Notes: a model not told the origin generated them from the letters alone. DNA of 64,000 nt from Eledone cirrhosa (GCA_964016885.1 OZ024743.1:351292001-351356000); one strand, 5' to 3'; positions 34,469 to 48,834 are shown, counted from the stretch's first letter. Program-made: numbers and translations.

Positions 34469-36377
34469 CTACCTTTCTGCTTCCCGGGGTTCGGGTCGCA
34501 CGACTTCCATGGGGTCGGGGGTGTTGGGTGAAGGGGTGTCTTGTGGTGGTGTGGGGTCGTCAGTGTGTGGTGGGGTTGGGGTGTTTGGAGTTGTGTTGGG
34601 GAGTGGAAGGGGAGGGGGAAAGCTTTTTAGTAGGACGCGGTTTATGGGTTTGACAGAGGGTGGTCCTACGTCCTCCTTAAAATCCTTTTTTAGTTTTTGG
34701 TAGAGGTTCATTGGGATCTTTATTAATTTTAAATGTGGGTAGTTTTCTGAAGAAACAAAGTTTACACCTTCGGTTTGTACCGAAGGATTATTGTTTATGA
34801 GTTCATTTAATTTATTATTGTTTCTGTTGATGTAAGTATAGTGTAATGTCTTTTTTTCGGATGGTGTGAGTGTTTCGAAGAGGGGAGGGGCAGGTTTGGT
34901 TTTGTTTGTTGCTGGAGGGGTGTTTTCTGTTTTGTTGGATTGTGTTGAGATTTGGGTGGGGGTTGTTTTGCTTTGTGTGTTTTGCACATGTTTTCTTTTT
35001 TTCCTTTTAATCTGTCTGAAGGACTCCGTTTCTTCCTCCGAATTCGTTGGGTTATCTTCAGTGCTGGAGGGAAGAGGTATGTTTGCTGGTAATGTTTCCG
35101 TGTTGGTTTTCTTTGTGGGGGAGATGAATGTCACTATGTTAGACTGTGTTGTGCGTTGTGGCTGCGGTGGTTGTGTTGTTTTATTGAGTGAGGGGTTGGG
35201 TGGGCCTGTATTTTGTTTTGGGGTAATGTGTTGTGACTGTTTGTGTTGTGGTGGTGGTGTAGTTTTACTGAGGGATGGGTTGGGTGGGACTGAGTTTTGT
35301 TGTTTGTTTATCTGTTGTGGTGGTGGTGGTGGAGCTGGTGTTGGTAGCAGGGTTTTCTTTTTGTTGAGTTGGGGACAAGCGGCCTTCAGGTGCCCTCTTC
35401 CTGCACAGATATGACAGGACGGCCTTCTCCCCTCCACGCTAATGTTTATATACCCGTGGTCCTCTAATAGGATTCTGTCGGGTATTTGGGCGATGCGTTC
35501 GGGCTTCATTTGCACTACAAGTTCTATACATGTTCCACTGAACGCATTGCCTGTGGTTTTCCCAATGGAAATCACGTTGTCATTCACTGGATCGATGAAG
35601 CCAGCTATGAGCCAGCAGTAGTCCACATCTGGCATCATTGCATCCAGCCATATGCGTTGAGTTCTTTTACCATATAAGATGGATAAAAGGTAAAAATTTT
35701 CGAACGAATCGGTGACAAAGCACATTTTTTTGCCGCCGATTCGTTCTTCATAATAATCGCTAGGCTTCCATACAGTCTGTCTTTTCTTATGAAAGTGGTT
35801 TCATTAAGTACTTCTGTAAGTACTGTTTTGATTTCTGTTTGAGTTGGCTGTTTAGGTTTTTTTGAAATGTTGTTGATGGTGCGGAAAACGACCGTTCTAC
35901 TTTCAATGTCTTTGGTGAGTTCTTGAGGCATTTTTACCGATAAAATACCATTCTCTCCTTCAGTTATATATTGTTTGGCGTCTGCAATTCTTTGTGCCAC
36001 ATCTGAAATATTTTCAGGTATATATGTCAAAGATTTCTTTGTTGTTTGTGCAAATGAAATATTATTGGTGTTGACTTTGTCGTCTGCTTTGATTTCTGTC
36101 ATGATGTTGTTTTCAAATGTTATTTTTGTGTTTGTCGTGTCTTTGTTTGTGGTATTAATATTGTCATGCAATTTTTCAAATTTTTTTTTTCGTTGTTGGA
36201 ATCCATGTCCAGATTTGTGTTTTCGTCATTTTTCTCCGCAGATTCGTCTGTTTTTATTTTATTTTTTCCTTCCTTCTCTATGACGTTAGTTGGGAAGGAA
36301 AGGGGGACTAAAGCGTGCGAGCTTACAACTCTTACCGCTGTACCCCCACCACTATTTTCGTTAGCTTCGTTTAACAT
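34469..36377 (-). pseudogene. ORF1 of copy 9 with frameshifts near 36180 and 35670
   Basis: Pieces 36120-36377, 35635-36171 and 34469-35725; zinc knuckle present. Confidence 0.82.
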
Positions 36378-36622
36378 TTCTGTCAGACGATTGAAAATTT
36401 TTTATGCCACAAAATTTTTAAAAACAGGTTTTTCACCCCTAGGAGGGGTAAAGATGAGCTGACCCACCGCCTGACAGTTCAGACGGGGGGTCAAGCTACA
36501 CAATAGTATCAAAATTAAAATTGAACTTACAAAATTTCCGCAATAAATTTGAACAAAACTTCTGCGCGAAGTGAATTACATCTACGCTGTAGAACAGACG
36601 ACAGCTAGATTTTTTTCCCCTT

Positions 36623-36729
<107 letters not shown>

Positions 36730-36831
36730 TCTTTCTTTATGACGAAATGAACAGAGAAAGGAGAGAAAAAACAGATATTGAAATATTAAGTTGAGAGGGG
36801 TGTATACATACATACATATATACATACATAC

Positions 36832-36909
<78 letters not shown>

Positions 36910-37754
36910 AGATGAAGGGGGAATTAAGTGATGGATAGTAGCAGGTGGAAGGAGGACTATTTAGTAAAAGAGCGTGGTAAATGTTTTGCACCAGCCTAGG
37001 CTGAATACCGGATGCGGAAGTAACAGGTAAATTACGGCTACAACCAACCTCTGCTAGTGACGTCAGTAATACTCATCGAATCGAAGCGATAGACTGATTA
37101 TAGTTAAAAATCGATCTTTGCAACTGGCTTGTTGATGTATGTGTGAGTGTGTGTGTGAGTGTGTATGTGTGTGTGTGTGTGCGTGTGTATGTATATATAT
37201 ATATATGTATGTGTGTTTGTGTGCGTGTGCGTATGTGTGTGTGTGTGTGTGTGCGTGTGTGTGTGTCTGTGTGTGTATGGTTCGTATTAAAAAAAACTGT
37301 TGCTGTATTGCTGTATTGATATTGAAGTAGCGTTAAACGGTATGACTGAATGAACGAATAGTAGAATGCATGAATAGATAAATGAATAAATGTTATAGGA
37401 TGAAAGAATAACAGAATGGAAGAATAAAAATCGAACGATGTCAAGAAGATATAATGACATTGCAGAGAGAATTTGTGAATTGGACCATTTGAGAATTGAA
37501 CCTGTATTCAGAAGAAAGATCATGTCAGTGTTGTGGAAAGATTGTAGTTTGGATTCCTTGGGTGGCGTACAGTTGTTTCTATGAGTGTGTCTGTCTCTAT
37601 GTGTGCGTGTGTCTGTGTGCGTGTATGTATGTGTATATATGTATGGGTGTGTGCATATGTTCATGATAGAGAGTATGTATGTGTGTGTGTGCCTGTGTTG
37701 CAGTCTGTGAGATTATGAATGCATCTGCATATGAATTTCCTTGACAATATGCAT

Positions 37755-37955
<201 letters not shown>

Positions 37956-38057
37956 AAAATGGTTGACTCCGACGGCAGAACTCAAGCCGTTTCGGCGGCT
38001 ACTTCTGAGTATTCTGGTGCGTTATGGTCCATCTGGTTCCTTACCACACCTCCTTCG

Positions 38058-38119
<62 letters not shown>

Positions 38120-38144
38120 ATACATATATATACATTAATGTACA

Positions 38145-38252
<108 letters not shown>

Positions 38253-38414
38253 AGAGAGAGAAAGAGTGAAGAATAACATGGTCGGCTGTACAAAAAGGGT
38301 TTTATTTACAGTATTAACAATTGTTAAGTCAAACAACGCCGTACGTTAAATCTATCCAAAGTACAGAGTATTCACAACCTCTAACTGGATTACCTAAAAC
38401 GATAACTTGTTATC

Positions 38415-38459
<45 letters not shown>

Positions 38460-38543
38460 AAAGTTCTATTTAAATTGTTGGGATACAACAAGCAAATATT
38501 TTTATAACTGATATAAAGCACTTGACAAGTATTTGGAGTAGAT

Positions 38544-38857
38544 ATACGATATTAACAAATGGAAACTATATTTATAAAACCATATTTATTTCATTATACA
38601 TATTTCAAGGATACCAAGTTAAATTATGGTATGCCTTCATCAGACAAAATACAATATATACCAGTTTTATAAATAAACTGATGTCGTCCAAAAGTAATGG
38701 TCGCATTTTGAAAGGGTGCGTCAATGTTTATTTATAAAACTGGTATATATTGTATTGTGTCTGATGAAGGCATACCATAATTTAACTTGGTATCCTTGAA
38801 ATATGTATAATGAAATAAATATGGTTTTATAAATATAGTTTCCATTTGTTAATATCG

Positions 38858-38860
<3 letters not shown>
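38544..38860. repeat. Fold-back inverted repeat (arms about 135 bp), each arm with a hammerhead-like motif; probable Penelope-like element terminus
   Basis: Arms 38544-38677 and about 38725-38860 are reverse complements; CTGATGA..GAAA core at 38761-38801; (TA)n flank. Confidence 0.75.
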
Positions 38861-38904
<44 letters not shown>

Positions 38905-39239
38905 TGAAATACTAAGAAAAACAGGCAAGGAGTGAGGAAAAATGTGGATAGATTTATTTGATTAAATAATCTAAAACGTGTTTCTTTACCGATTACATAA
39001 TTATCTACGAGTGTGTGGGTGTGTGGGTGGGCGTGTGGGTGTGTGTGTGGGCGTGTAGGTGTGTGGGTGGGCGTGTGGGTGTAATTAAAGCGCTTGCGAT
39101 TTTTAATATCTTTTTTTTCATATTTTGTTTAGCATTATTACTAAAATCATAAATAGGCAAATACATATGCATGCATGCATGCATACATACATGCATGCAT
39201 ACATACATGCATACATACATATAAAGTCCAAACAGCGTT

Positions 39240-39960
39240 AGGGTGTTGCATCTTATCCATCAACAGCTACGATGCATGAAGCATGAAGCAGATAGCATCA
39301 TGAAAGTTTGGAAGGAGCTCCCAGGGAAATTTCACAGCATACCACAATGAATCCATGAATGAAAAGCTGCATGCTTATCAACAAAAAATTATGCATGGCT
39401 TAAGTTGCCAAAAAGCTTCAAATTGAGAGAAATATACATAAACACAGCAGTCTACCTTGGACCAATAACCGGCATATTGGCTCTTACTGTAGGATATACT
39501 TGTTCAATTCATAAATAGGAAACAACTACGAAATGCCTGATGCAGAAAAGAGATAGGGATGGAAGCAAAACACCTAGATGTGACAACAGATGCAGACTGT
39601 GTAATAAATATCGGATCTCACACACATCATAGGCAGCCAAAGATGCCATCACGATATTATCTACTATGTAGGCATGATGTAGAAGTAAAATCACTATACA
39701 ATGCAATCAATAGAAATGATAGTGCTTGAAATAAAAAGTTACAGTGATGTGGAGGACATATGCATACATAATATGAAAGAGTACTGGTGGAATGTTCCAG
39801 TCAAAACCTCAATGAAATGCAAACATAACAGACCAGACATAGTGATGTGGGACAGAGAAAAGAAGGCATGCACAGTAGAGGAAGTCAGCTACCCAGCAGA
39901 TGTCAATATATTGCTAATGATTAAAGAAAGGGAGAACATTTATGCTGAACTAATGAGATA
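39240..39960 (+). mobile_element. Degraded 3' fragment of an R4/Dong-like RLE retrotransposon
   Basis: HNRPDIVMWDREKKACTVEEVSYP is homologous to 43306-43833. Confidence 0.75.
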
Positions 39961-40118
39961 CTCCACCGACTACTCTTTAGATTGTACCTGTACTGACCAT
40001 GTACAGGTTGTACTGAATTACATGTTACTAGTAGTGCTGAAGAGCGACCTGACATACATACGTACATACATTCATACATACATAACATACATAACATACA
40101 TACATACATACATACATA

Positions 40119-40497
40119 CATGGTGGCTGCCAACCAACTCGTTTTCGAGTACGGCCACTACTTTATATCCATGTAGGAGAACCCCTACCGATGCGCTAAA
40201 CAAGTGTGACTTTTTAGTCCAGCCAGCGACTTGAAAACTCTGGTACAAACACTACACTTGTGACAATTATTGACACAGTGCTGGGCCCATGGTACCATGT
40301 GATGACAAGTGCAGAGAGATCTCCAGATATAAAGCAATGCCTGTGCCGTGAAGCTTTTATAGTGAGCAAAGGCACTGCACAAAGCCAGTCCCACTCTCTT
40401 AACCAAGATGATATTTACCAAAAAGAATAACAAGTCAACATCATTGGATACCATAGGGTTGCAGGTGTTATATCAGAGTTTTCCTTCTCCTAGAATT
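40119..40497 (-). mobile_element. RTE-like LINE 3' fragment with (TATG)n tail
   Basis: HKCSVCTRVFKSLAGLKSH zinc finger on the minus strand; near-identical copy at 57050-57380. Confidence 0.6.
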
Positions 40498-40561
40498 ATA
40501 CATACATACATACATACATACATACATACATACATACATACATACATACATACATACATAC

Positions 40562-43500
40562 AATTGTAAGTCCCCCACAACAAACATGGGATCAATAACA
40601 CGTGCTACAGGTCGCCATGCTACTACACTTCCTCGCATCCAGGTTGAACAGCACCTTGAAACAACTATGCCTGTAAGAAACTTGACACCACCTGTACCAT
40701 CTAAGTCTACCTCGAATGCTGGGGAAAACACTATCCATAATAATAATAATCGAAGAAATTTGACACCACGTGTACCATCCGAGTCTACCTCGACTATTGT
40801 GAAAAATACTATCGATAATGATAATCAAAAGTATAAACAATTAAAAATTTCCCTCAACGAAATCTTCCAGAGAGAAATTAATTCATGTATAAATATCTCT
40901 TTTGCTGAACGTGTTAAAACGACAATGTTGAATAAAAAACCAAATAATGAAATATTACGTGTTATTGACGAAATAGGAGATGAATATTTACAACGGATAA
41001 AAACCCCAACATTTTGGCAAACCAACGCCTGTTTATATGCCTTAGCAACGACAGTGAAGCATTATCTTGGATATTAACAAGAACAGAACACCACCAAAAA
41101 TACCATCATATATAACTAAAATAGAAAAAAAGATTGCTGACCATAGGATATGTGACAATGCTCCTTACATGCAAACAAACACAAAAAAACCTCACTCCTC
41201 ACCAACAAAGAGTGAATAATAAAATAGAGACGTTGTTTGGTAACAGTAGAACCAGAACTCTTCAATATAAGCTGATCACCCTCAAACAAGAATTGAGAGC
41301 TGTTAGCGAAAAACGCCGATACCGGAAGAAGGTAGATGAGAGAAAAGTGCTTAATAAAAGATTCATACGAAACCAAACATCAGTCTATAGAGATATGAAG
41401 AACAAAATAATAAGTGTCACTGAGGCCCCATTCCAGAAAGACATAGATTCCTTTTGGAGCAAAATATGGGGTGAAAAGAAGAATTTCAACCAAGATGCAG
41501 TGTGGCTAAGGTAAATTCCAAAGAGCTATTACTCCTACACTACAACAAAAACATACGAAATAAGTGAGGGTACCCTTGAGACTGTGATAGGAAAACTCCA
41601 AGATAAGAAAACACCAGGAAGAGACATGATTGTCGGTACTGGTACCAAAAACTGATATTCTATCGGAGATATCTTACTGACCTCTACCAACAAGTTCTTA
41701 AGGGAGATACACTTATACCAGAATGGTTGACATTAGCACAAACATTATTGGTCACCAAGAACAAAGACACCCACTTGGCAAAGAACTACCGACCCATTGC
41801 ATGCCAGAACCTGATGTATAAGATGTATACAGCCTGCCTGAACCTATTCCTCCAAGATCACTGTGAAAATAATAACATCATCACAGATGAACAAGCAGCT
41901 GGAAAGAAAGGGGGTTGGGGATGTGCTCCTAATCAACAAAACTGCGATGTCGGAGGTGCGACAAATTAGGAGGAATATGACAACAGTCTGGCTGGACTAC
42001 AGGAAAGCTTTCGATTCTGTTACCCACTTTTGGATATTAGAGGCCCTCCAACTTGCTAAAGTCCCAGACATTATTTTCAGAGCCATAGAGAGGCTGTCTT
42101 CTTCTTGGGCTACTATCCTAAGGTTAAAGACAGAGAGGGAGGACTCTATTTTCACTGATAAAATAAAATATTGCAGGGGTATATTTCAGGGGGACTGTCT
42201 CTCTGTGATATTATTCATCTTGTCATTAAACCCCTTGTCCTTTCTGCTCAAGAAATGTGCGGGATACATCATTGGCTCACAGGAGGACAGAAATACGAAC
42301 CTAACCCATAATTTCTTTGTGGACGATCTGAAACTCTATGCCAAGAACATGGATGAGATGAAGAAAATTCTTGACCTGGTTACAACGTTCTCAAAGGATA
42401 TAGGAATGTAAAGCGGGGAAAAACAACAACCCAATCTAGCAACATTGTCATCAATGGCCTAACTGTTTCACCGATATCTGATGAGGACTGCTACAGATAC
42501 CTGGGGATAGATGAGAACATATCCTATAATGGTATCTGTAATAAAGAACGCGTAACCAGGGAATACTACACCCGATTAAGAAAGATCTGGTCATCGGAAC
42601 TCTCTGCGCAAAACAAAACAGTGACTCACAATGTGTTTGCTGTGCCTGTCCTAACACCAACGTTTGGAATACTCAATTGGACGATAGACGAAATCCGAGC
42701 AGTTGATGTTGGAACTCGAAAAATACTAAACAACACCGGAAACCTCCACATCAACAGTGACATAGACCGCCTTTATTTGAAACGTAAGCAGGGAGGCAGA
42801 GGCCTAACATCAGTCCAGACAACATTTGAATGTCGCATCATATCCCTCCGACATCTGCGAACCTCGAATAGTAGGAGCCTGTATCTCGAGCAAGTCTATA
42901 TGCATGAATCAGATAAGATCATGAGAGTTGGGAAGGAACTCCTCGAAATATATTCCCTGTGTGATAATCAAAATTCCACACCCAGGGAAGTCTCTCAACA
43001 ATGAATCCATGGATGAAAAACTGCATGCTTATCAGCAAAAAATCATGCATAGATATGTTGCCAAGAAGCTCCAGAGTGAGAGTAATATAGATAAAGAAAG
43101 TAGTCTATCTTGGACCAACAACCGCTATATTGGCTCCCACTTTGAAGAATACGCTTTTGCAATCCAAGAACAGGAAATTAACACGAAATAACTGATTCAC
43201 AAAAGAGATAGGGATGCAGGCAAAACACCTAGATGTGATAACAAGTGCAGACTCTGCAGAATTAACATCGAAGATGTCACCCATGTCATAAGAAGCTGTC
43301 CAAAGATGTCATCGCGGTACTATCTACATATGAGGCATGATGTAGCCAAAACACTGTACAATGCAATCCGTAAAAAAGATAGCCGCGATAATAAACACAT
43401 TAAAAGCTACAGCAATGTGGAAGACATCCATATACATAATATGAATGAGTACTGGTGGAATGTTCCAGTAAAAACCCCAATAAAATGCAGGCATAATAGA

Positions 43501-44071
43501 CCAGATATTATATGGGACAGGGAAAAGAAGGCATGCACAGTAGTGGAAATTAGCTGCCCTGCAGATGCCAATATAATATCAAAGATTAGCGAAAAGGAGA
43601 ATATTTATTCAGAACTGATGAGAAATCTGCAGATACTCCGCCCTGATTACACCTTCAGATTTATGCCTGTGATTATTGGGGCACTGGGGTATGCTATTAA
43701 CTGCCTCAATACAAATCTTGAGAAGCTGGGCTTCACAGGAACAGAAAGAACACAACTAGTTAGGAAATTACAAGTACAATCTATTAATGGAACAGTAAAA
43801 ATATGTAAAACATTCCAAAAATGTTGCATCTAATAACTGCATATACACATGTACAGATACAAAGCATATACACATGCACACATACAACTCACAACATGCA
43901 CATCCACACATACAATAACATCCATACCTACACATGCATGCATGCAGATATGCATACATATCTACCTAGTTTATGTTGTGTAAATTCCAATGAAAGAGTC
44001 TTATAATTATGTTAGAAACCGACTCTCTCTCTCTATTGGTAAATATTTGTGAAATTATAAAACCAGAAGAA
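40562..44071 (+). mobile_element. R4/Dong-like non-LTR retrotransposon (RT plus restriction-like endonuclease), near full length, degraded
   Basis: RT motifs KNYRPIAC, WLDYRKAFDSV, RGIFQGDCLS, FFVDDLKLY; CCHC plus RHD; RPDII.D..VEISCP..EK RLE motif; (CATA)n on both sides. Confidence 0.85.
40586..43833 (+). pseudogene. Single ORF (RT-RLE) with multiple stops and frameshifts
   Basis: Colinear ORF pieces starting at 40586, 41134, 41727, 41863, 42621 and 43306. Confidence 0.8.
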
Positions 44072-44559
44072 CATACATACATACATACATACATACATAC
44101 ATACATACATACATACATACATACATACATACATACATACATACATACATACATACATACATACATACATACATACATACATCATGATGGCTGAATCTCG
44201 ATTTCCAGAACTGGCAAAGCTTAATCATTTTTCACACCTCGGCATGAATTAAACCTTTTAGCTCTGCTAATGACTTACATTCGTTCTGGATATGCTGCAG
44301 CGAAAGAAAAAAAGCCTTTTTCAACTTCGGCCAGTCATGCTCATGCAACACACATAAAAGGTGTTTTGATCAAGTGATGCTATTGCTACAAGCTTCTTTT
44401 GAGGAAGAAAGTCCTTGCAGTAAACTACTCTCTGACCAACGCTGACTTTTATCGAAAAAAAACAGGTGAACATCATTGGTTGCCATTGACTCGAAGGCTT
44501 TACATCACAGTTGTCCTTCTACAATAATTGTTTCTACTTTTGGCAAGGCCAATAATTAC

Positions 44560-44700
44560 CCAGTACATTACTTCTACTTTATTTTATCGACCCCGTAAGG
44601 ATGAAAGGCAAAGTCAACCTCGACGGGGATTTGAACTCAGACCGTAAAGGGACGTAACAATGCTGGAAAGCATGGCGTCCCACCCTCCACCGATACTGCC
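44560..44700 (-). mobile_element. tRNA-derived SINE (octopus-type)
   Basis: Reverse complement of gagttcaaatcccc..gaggttgactttgcctttcatccttacggggtcgataaaataag. Confidence 0.7.
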
Positions 44701-44756
44701 AATTCACCGTCCTTCACCGAGTATTTCCAAGTCCCGGTTCTTACATATACACATAC

Positions 44757-44868
44757 ATAAATACATGATGGCTGCCCCCTCGTTATCGAGTATGGCCATT
44801 GCACGAAAAAAACAATATAATAATAACAATAACAACAATAATAATAATAATAGAAAAACAAATTATAC

Positions 44869-44905
<37 letters not shown>

Positions 44906-44910
44906 TACAT

Positions 44911-44941
<31 letters not shown>

Positions 44942-45262
44942 ATAATAATAATTAACGGTGCTGCGATCGAATGTGACTTTTTAGCCCAGCGAATAATCTA
45001 AAATGTCTTTCACAGTTGGCAACCAAAACATTCACTGGGAATAGCAGGAGTTCATGTACTTTTGCATGTCATTTGAGCCCTCCTGCTGATCTACAATCTC
45101 TACCACATGCTTGGCAGGCATGATGAGTAGCATCTCCAACAGCAGCCTGGTAGTCAACCACTGGTCTTACTTTATGACTGTGAAGATGACTTTCGAGTCC
45201 AGCTTTGCTGAGGCAGAGTCTCCAACAGATGCTGCATGCCATCGCCATAGGAGGACCTTCTG
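44757..45262 (-). mobile_element. RTE-like LINE 3' fragment, tandem with the next copy
   Basis: Same 3' terminus (atgatggctgccccctcgttatcgagtatggcc) and C-terminal zinc fingers (CSICWRLC, CQACGRDC) as 45285-46930. Confidence 0.7.
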
Positions 45263-45284
45263 GAAATGCAACATACATACATAC

Positions 45285-45380
45285 ATGATGGCTACCCCCT
45301 CGTTATCGAGTATGGCCATTGCACGAAAGGAAAACAAAAACAAAAAAAAAACTAATAACGACAATAATATAACAAATAAT

Positions 45381-45435
<55 letters not shown>

Positions 45436-45482
45436 TACATATCTATATATACATATACACATGCATACACACACACACATAG

Positions 45483-45516
<34 letters not shown>

Positions 45517-45517
45517 A

Positions 45518-45600
<83 letters not shown>

Positions 45601-46930
45601 TAACAATTACCAGTGCTGCGATCGAATGTGGCTTTTTAGTCCAGCCAATGATCTATAATGTCTTGCACAGTTGGCAACCAAAACATTCACTGGGAATAGT
45701 CGGCTGTAGCATCTCCAACAGCAGCCTGGTAGTCAACTACTGGTCTCACTTTATGACTGTGAAGAAGACTTTCGAGTCCAGCTTTGCTGAGGCAGAGTCT
45801 CGCACAGACGCTGCATGTCAGCGCCATAGGATGACCTTCGCTGTCTGGATATGCAACAGTAATGCCCTTCCTCACATCCCTCTTTACTTTCTCCTATGCG
45901 ATTCGAGATGCCTCAAAGGCAACTTTCCCCTCATATACAGTCTTTCTCCATTTATACGATCAGCAGCAACATTTTCCCATGTATCAGCAGAGATGTTAGC
46001 GTCTTTCAAAGAGGCTTTCAAGGAATCTTTATACCTCTTTTTTGGTTTATGTGGCGGTCGTTTTACTAACTCTCCATAAAAGAATTGTTTGGTATTCTAG
46101 AATCCTTCATCCTGGCAAGGTGACCACTCCAACGGAGTCTTTGCTTAAGCACAAGAACTTCTATACTGTCACACAGAGAGCTTTCCAAAATCTCGACATC
46201 ACTGATGTGGTCCCTCCAGCGAACGTCATGGATCCGTCTGAAACACATCTTATGGAAACGCTCCAATTGTTTAAGGTGGTGTCGATATGTGACCCAGGTC
46301 TCGCAGGCATAAAAAAGAGAAGAGAGCACACATGCCTTGTACACCTTTACCTTTGTCTTCTTGCATATGTCTCGCCGACCCCAGAGTCGCCTTTCTAGCT
46401 TTTCGAAAGCATCACTTCCATTATCAAGGTTGCTGTATCGATTGACTGTGCTTCCCAGGTAGACAAACTGTTCAACCACTCCAAGTCGTTTACCATACTC
46501 ATAGATATTTGGCTCACTGTACTGCTTACCAGGGGCAGGTTGGTACATGACGACGGTTTTCTTGAGACTGACAGCCATTTCTAGGGCAGTGCAACCATCA
46601 GAAAATGCATTCAAAATGTGCTTCATATCACTCTCTGTGTGCGCTATAAGATCACAATCATCTGCATACAAGAGGTCTCTTATGATTGATGTAAAATACT
46701 TTTGTTTTTGCAGCAAAGCGCCTGATGTTAAATATGCTGCCTGGGATTCGATATTGGATGGAAACACCATGCTCGCAATATAGAAAACCATTGCAAAGTA
46801 TATGGCAAACAGGGTCGGTGCTGGAAAATATCCCTGTTTCACTCCATTTTTTTACTGAGATATGCTCCGACATGTTACCTCTGACATTAACCCAAGCCTT
46901 TATTCTTGTATTCTTGTTTTTATCTGCAAA
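45285..46930 (-). mobile_element. RTE-clade LINE, 5'-truncated and degraded (RT C-terminal half)
   Basis: IRDLLYADDCDL, FVYLGS, VYKACVLSSLFYACETW, LRWSGHLARM; (TATG)n tail. Confidence 0.85.
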
Positions 46931-47556
46931 CCCCAACAATATAGTTGAACACTTGATACAATGGACCGACGACCTACAAACATACACACACACACACACA
47001 AAATCCACATACGCACACACACAAACACCTTAGATATAGACACACGCCACAGAACAACAAAATGCCATATGGGCCTTTATTCTGAATAGAAAAGGAGCTG
47101 TGTATTTAAATCAATAGAATATTCTTGTAAATCAATTCAGTCCTGAGCTGTTAAACCCCTCTTCCACCCTCACCAACCCACCTTCCTAAGGAAAATATAC
47201 ATAAGAAGAGATTTTGAAAGAAATTACACATATGTTCTGGCTTTTTTAATATTTGATAAGATTAACACACCAATCGAAATCAGCAATATTTGATAAAACT
47301 TATATTCATTTAATGGAACAATTATAAACATATTTATTCTGTAGGATTAAAGAAAAAATCTTTAAATATACACCTGTGCTTTTTCTTTTTGACTTTCTAC
47401 CTATTTGTATAGAACTGTTTCATCTATATGTATATATATACATATATAGTATATATATACAAAAAGTGTGATTGTATTTCTTCTTCGCTCACTTATTCCC
47501 AGGAGAGTCGTGGGAGAAGAGCCCTTAAGCATGCCATCCAGCGGGCCCAGTTAAAA

Positions 47557-47739
47557 CTGGCTGACTTGTGTTTGTCGGGAGGCATGAATCTCTGGAAAGG
47601 CACTTAAGCTATGACCATTGGGAGTGGTAATCCCAATTGTCAAAAAGGGAAGCAATCGTCAAACAGGGAAACAAAAGAGATTGCTCAAAATTGTCTGGCA
47701 AAGAGATGTCGGGTTATCGTTGTGTCCATGTTAGCTGAC

Positions 47740-47783
<44 letters not shown>

Positions 47784-47952
47784 GTCAGCTAACATGGACA
47801 CGACGATAACCTGACATCTCTTTGCCAGACAATTTTGTTTCCCTGTTTGACGATTGTTTCCCTTTTTGACAATTGGGATTACCACTCCCAATGGTCATAG
47901 CTTAAGTGCCTTTCCAGAGATTCATGCCTCCCGACAAACACAAGTCAGCCAG
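47557..47952. repeat. Near-perfect inverted repeat (arms about 175-185 bp) centred on (TA)n
   Basis: Arms are reverse complements; each ends ...GCTGACGAA at the TA spacer. Confidence 0.9.
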
Positions 47953-48269
47953 AGATTACCTTCACTATTTCAGGCTTTCAACATCTTGGGTTGAATTTCA
48001 TCGTTCCCAGAGGCCTTGCCATATTTGAACTCTTTAATTACTCTTTTCATATTAGCCTATATGTCTATTCTGGAACAATAGAGTTTCTAAGTCGATTAGT
48101 GCAGAAAGTTTCATAATCTTCGCGGCCTCCTCATCAGAATGAAATATTCGTATATATGTGTATGCGTGTGCATTTATGAGTAAATACAAATGTGTAATAT
48201 AAGTGTATACATATGTATGTCTAGTGTAGTGTATATGTATGAGTGCGTGTGTGTTTGTGTGTAGACGTA

Positions 48270-48610
48270 ACCTGGCTGAATAATGAAAAAAGTTTGCTTC
48301 ACAATCATAAGGTCCTGAGTTCAATTATGCTCCGTGGAATCTTAAGCAAATGTCATTTACCGTAGCCTTGGGTCGATTCAAGTCTTGTGATTGAAATCGG
48401 GTAGATTAAAATTGTTTGGAAGCCAATCTGATGGGCTGTACCTGCAATTCAAATGGACAACTTTGTCACATATCACGCTAGTAAATCTCCCTGAGAATTA
48501 CCTGACAGCCACACACGTCAGTGTAATATTTAGCCACTTACTCGTTCACTTGATGAGCAGGCAGTTGATCGAACAAATAGAGCGCTCATCGTCGAAATAG
48601 ATGGAGATCC
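48270..48610 (+). mobile_element. SINE-like element (second family)
   Basis: GAGTTCAATT B-box-like motif; related reverse copy near 28165-28230. Confidence 0.45.
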
Positions 48611-48703
48611 ATTTCATTCCAATATTTTGTTGTTGCTGTTGGTGTCAGCACCACAGGAAAGCGATGCTACACACATTCAATATCGATAACGTTTGATTTA
48701 TCG

Positions 48704-48760
<57 letters not shown>

Positions 48761-48797
48761 ACACTCACAAACGCACACACACACGCACACAAACTCA

Positions 48798-48834
<37 letters not shown>

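Larger units (their letters stand above)
30788..36618 (-). mobile_element. Tx1-type retrotransposon, copy 9 (subfamily B), full length, disrupted ORFs
   Basis: 5'UTR, ORF1 (34469-36377) and ORF2 (31003-34435) with frameshifts and a stop; CCTTATAGATAGATAGAT duplicated on both sides. Confidence 0.93.

Noticed and set aside
196-35414. Many plus-strand ORFs overlapping the Tx1 copies (Val/Leu/Cys-rich)
   Set aside because: Antisense shadows of ORF1 and ORF2 caused by codon bias; they recur only because the element is repeated
36730-36800. Possible tenth Tx1 3' end (TTTCTTTATG after GATA)
   Set aside because: Similarity is limited to about 9 bp
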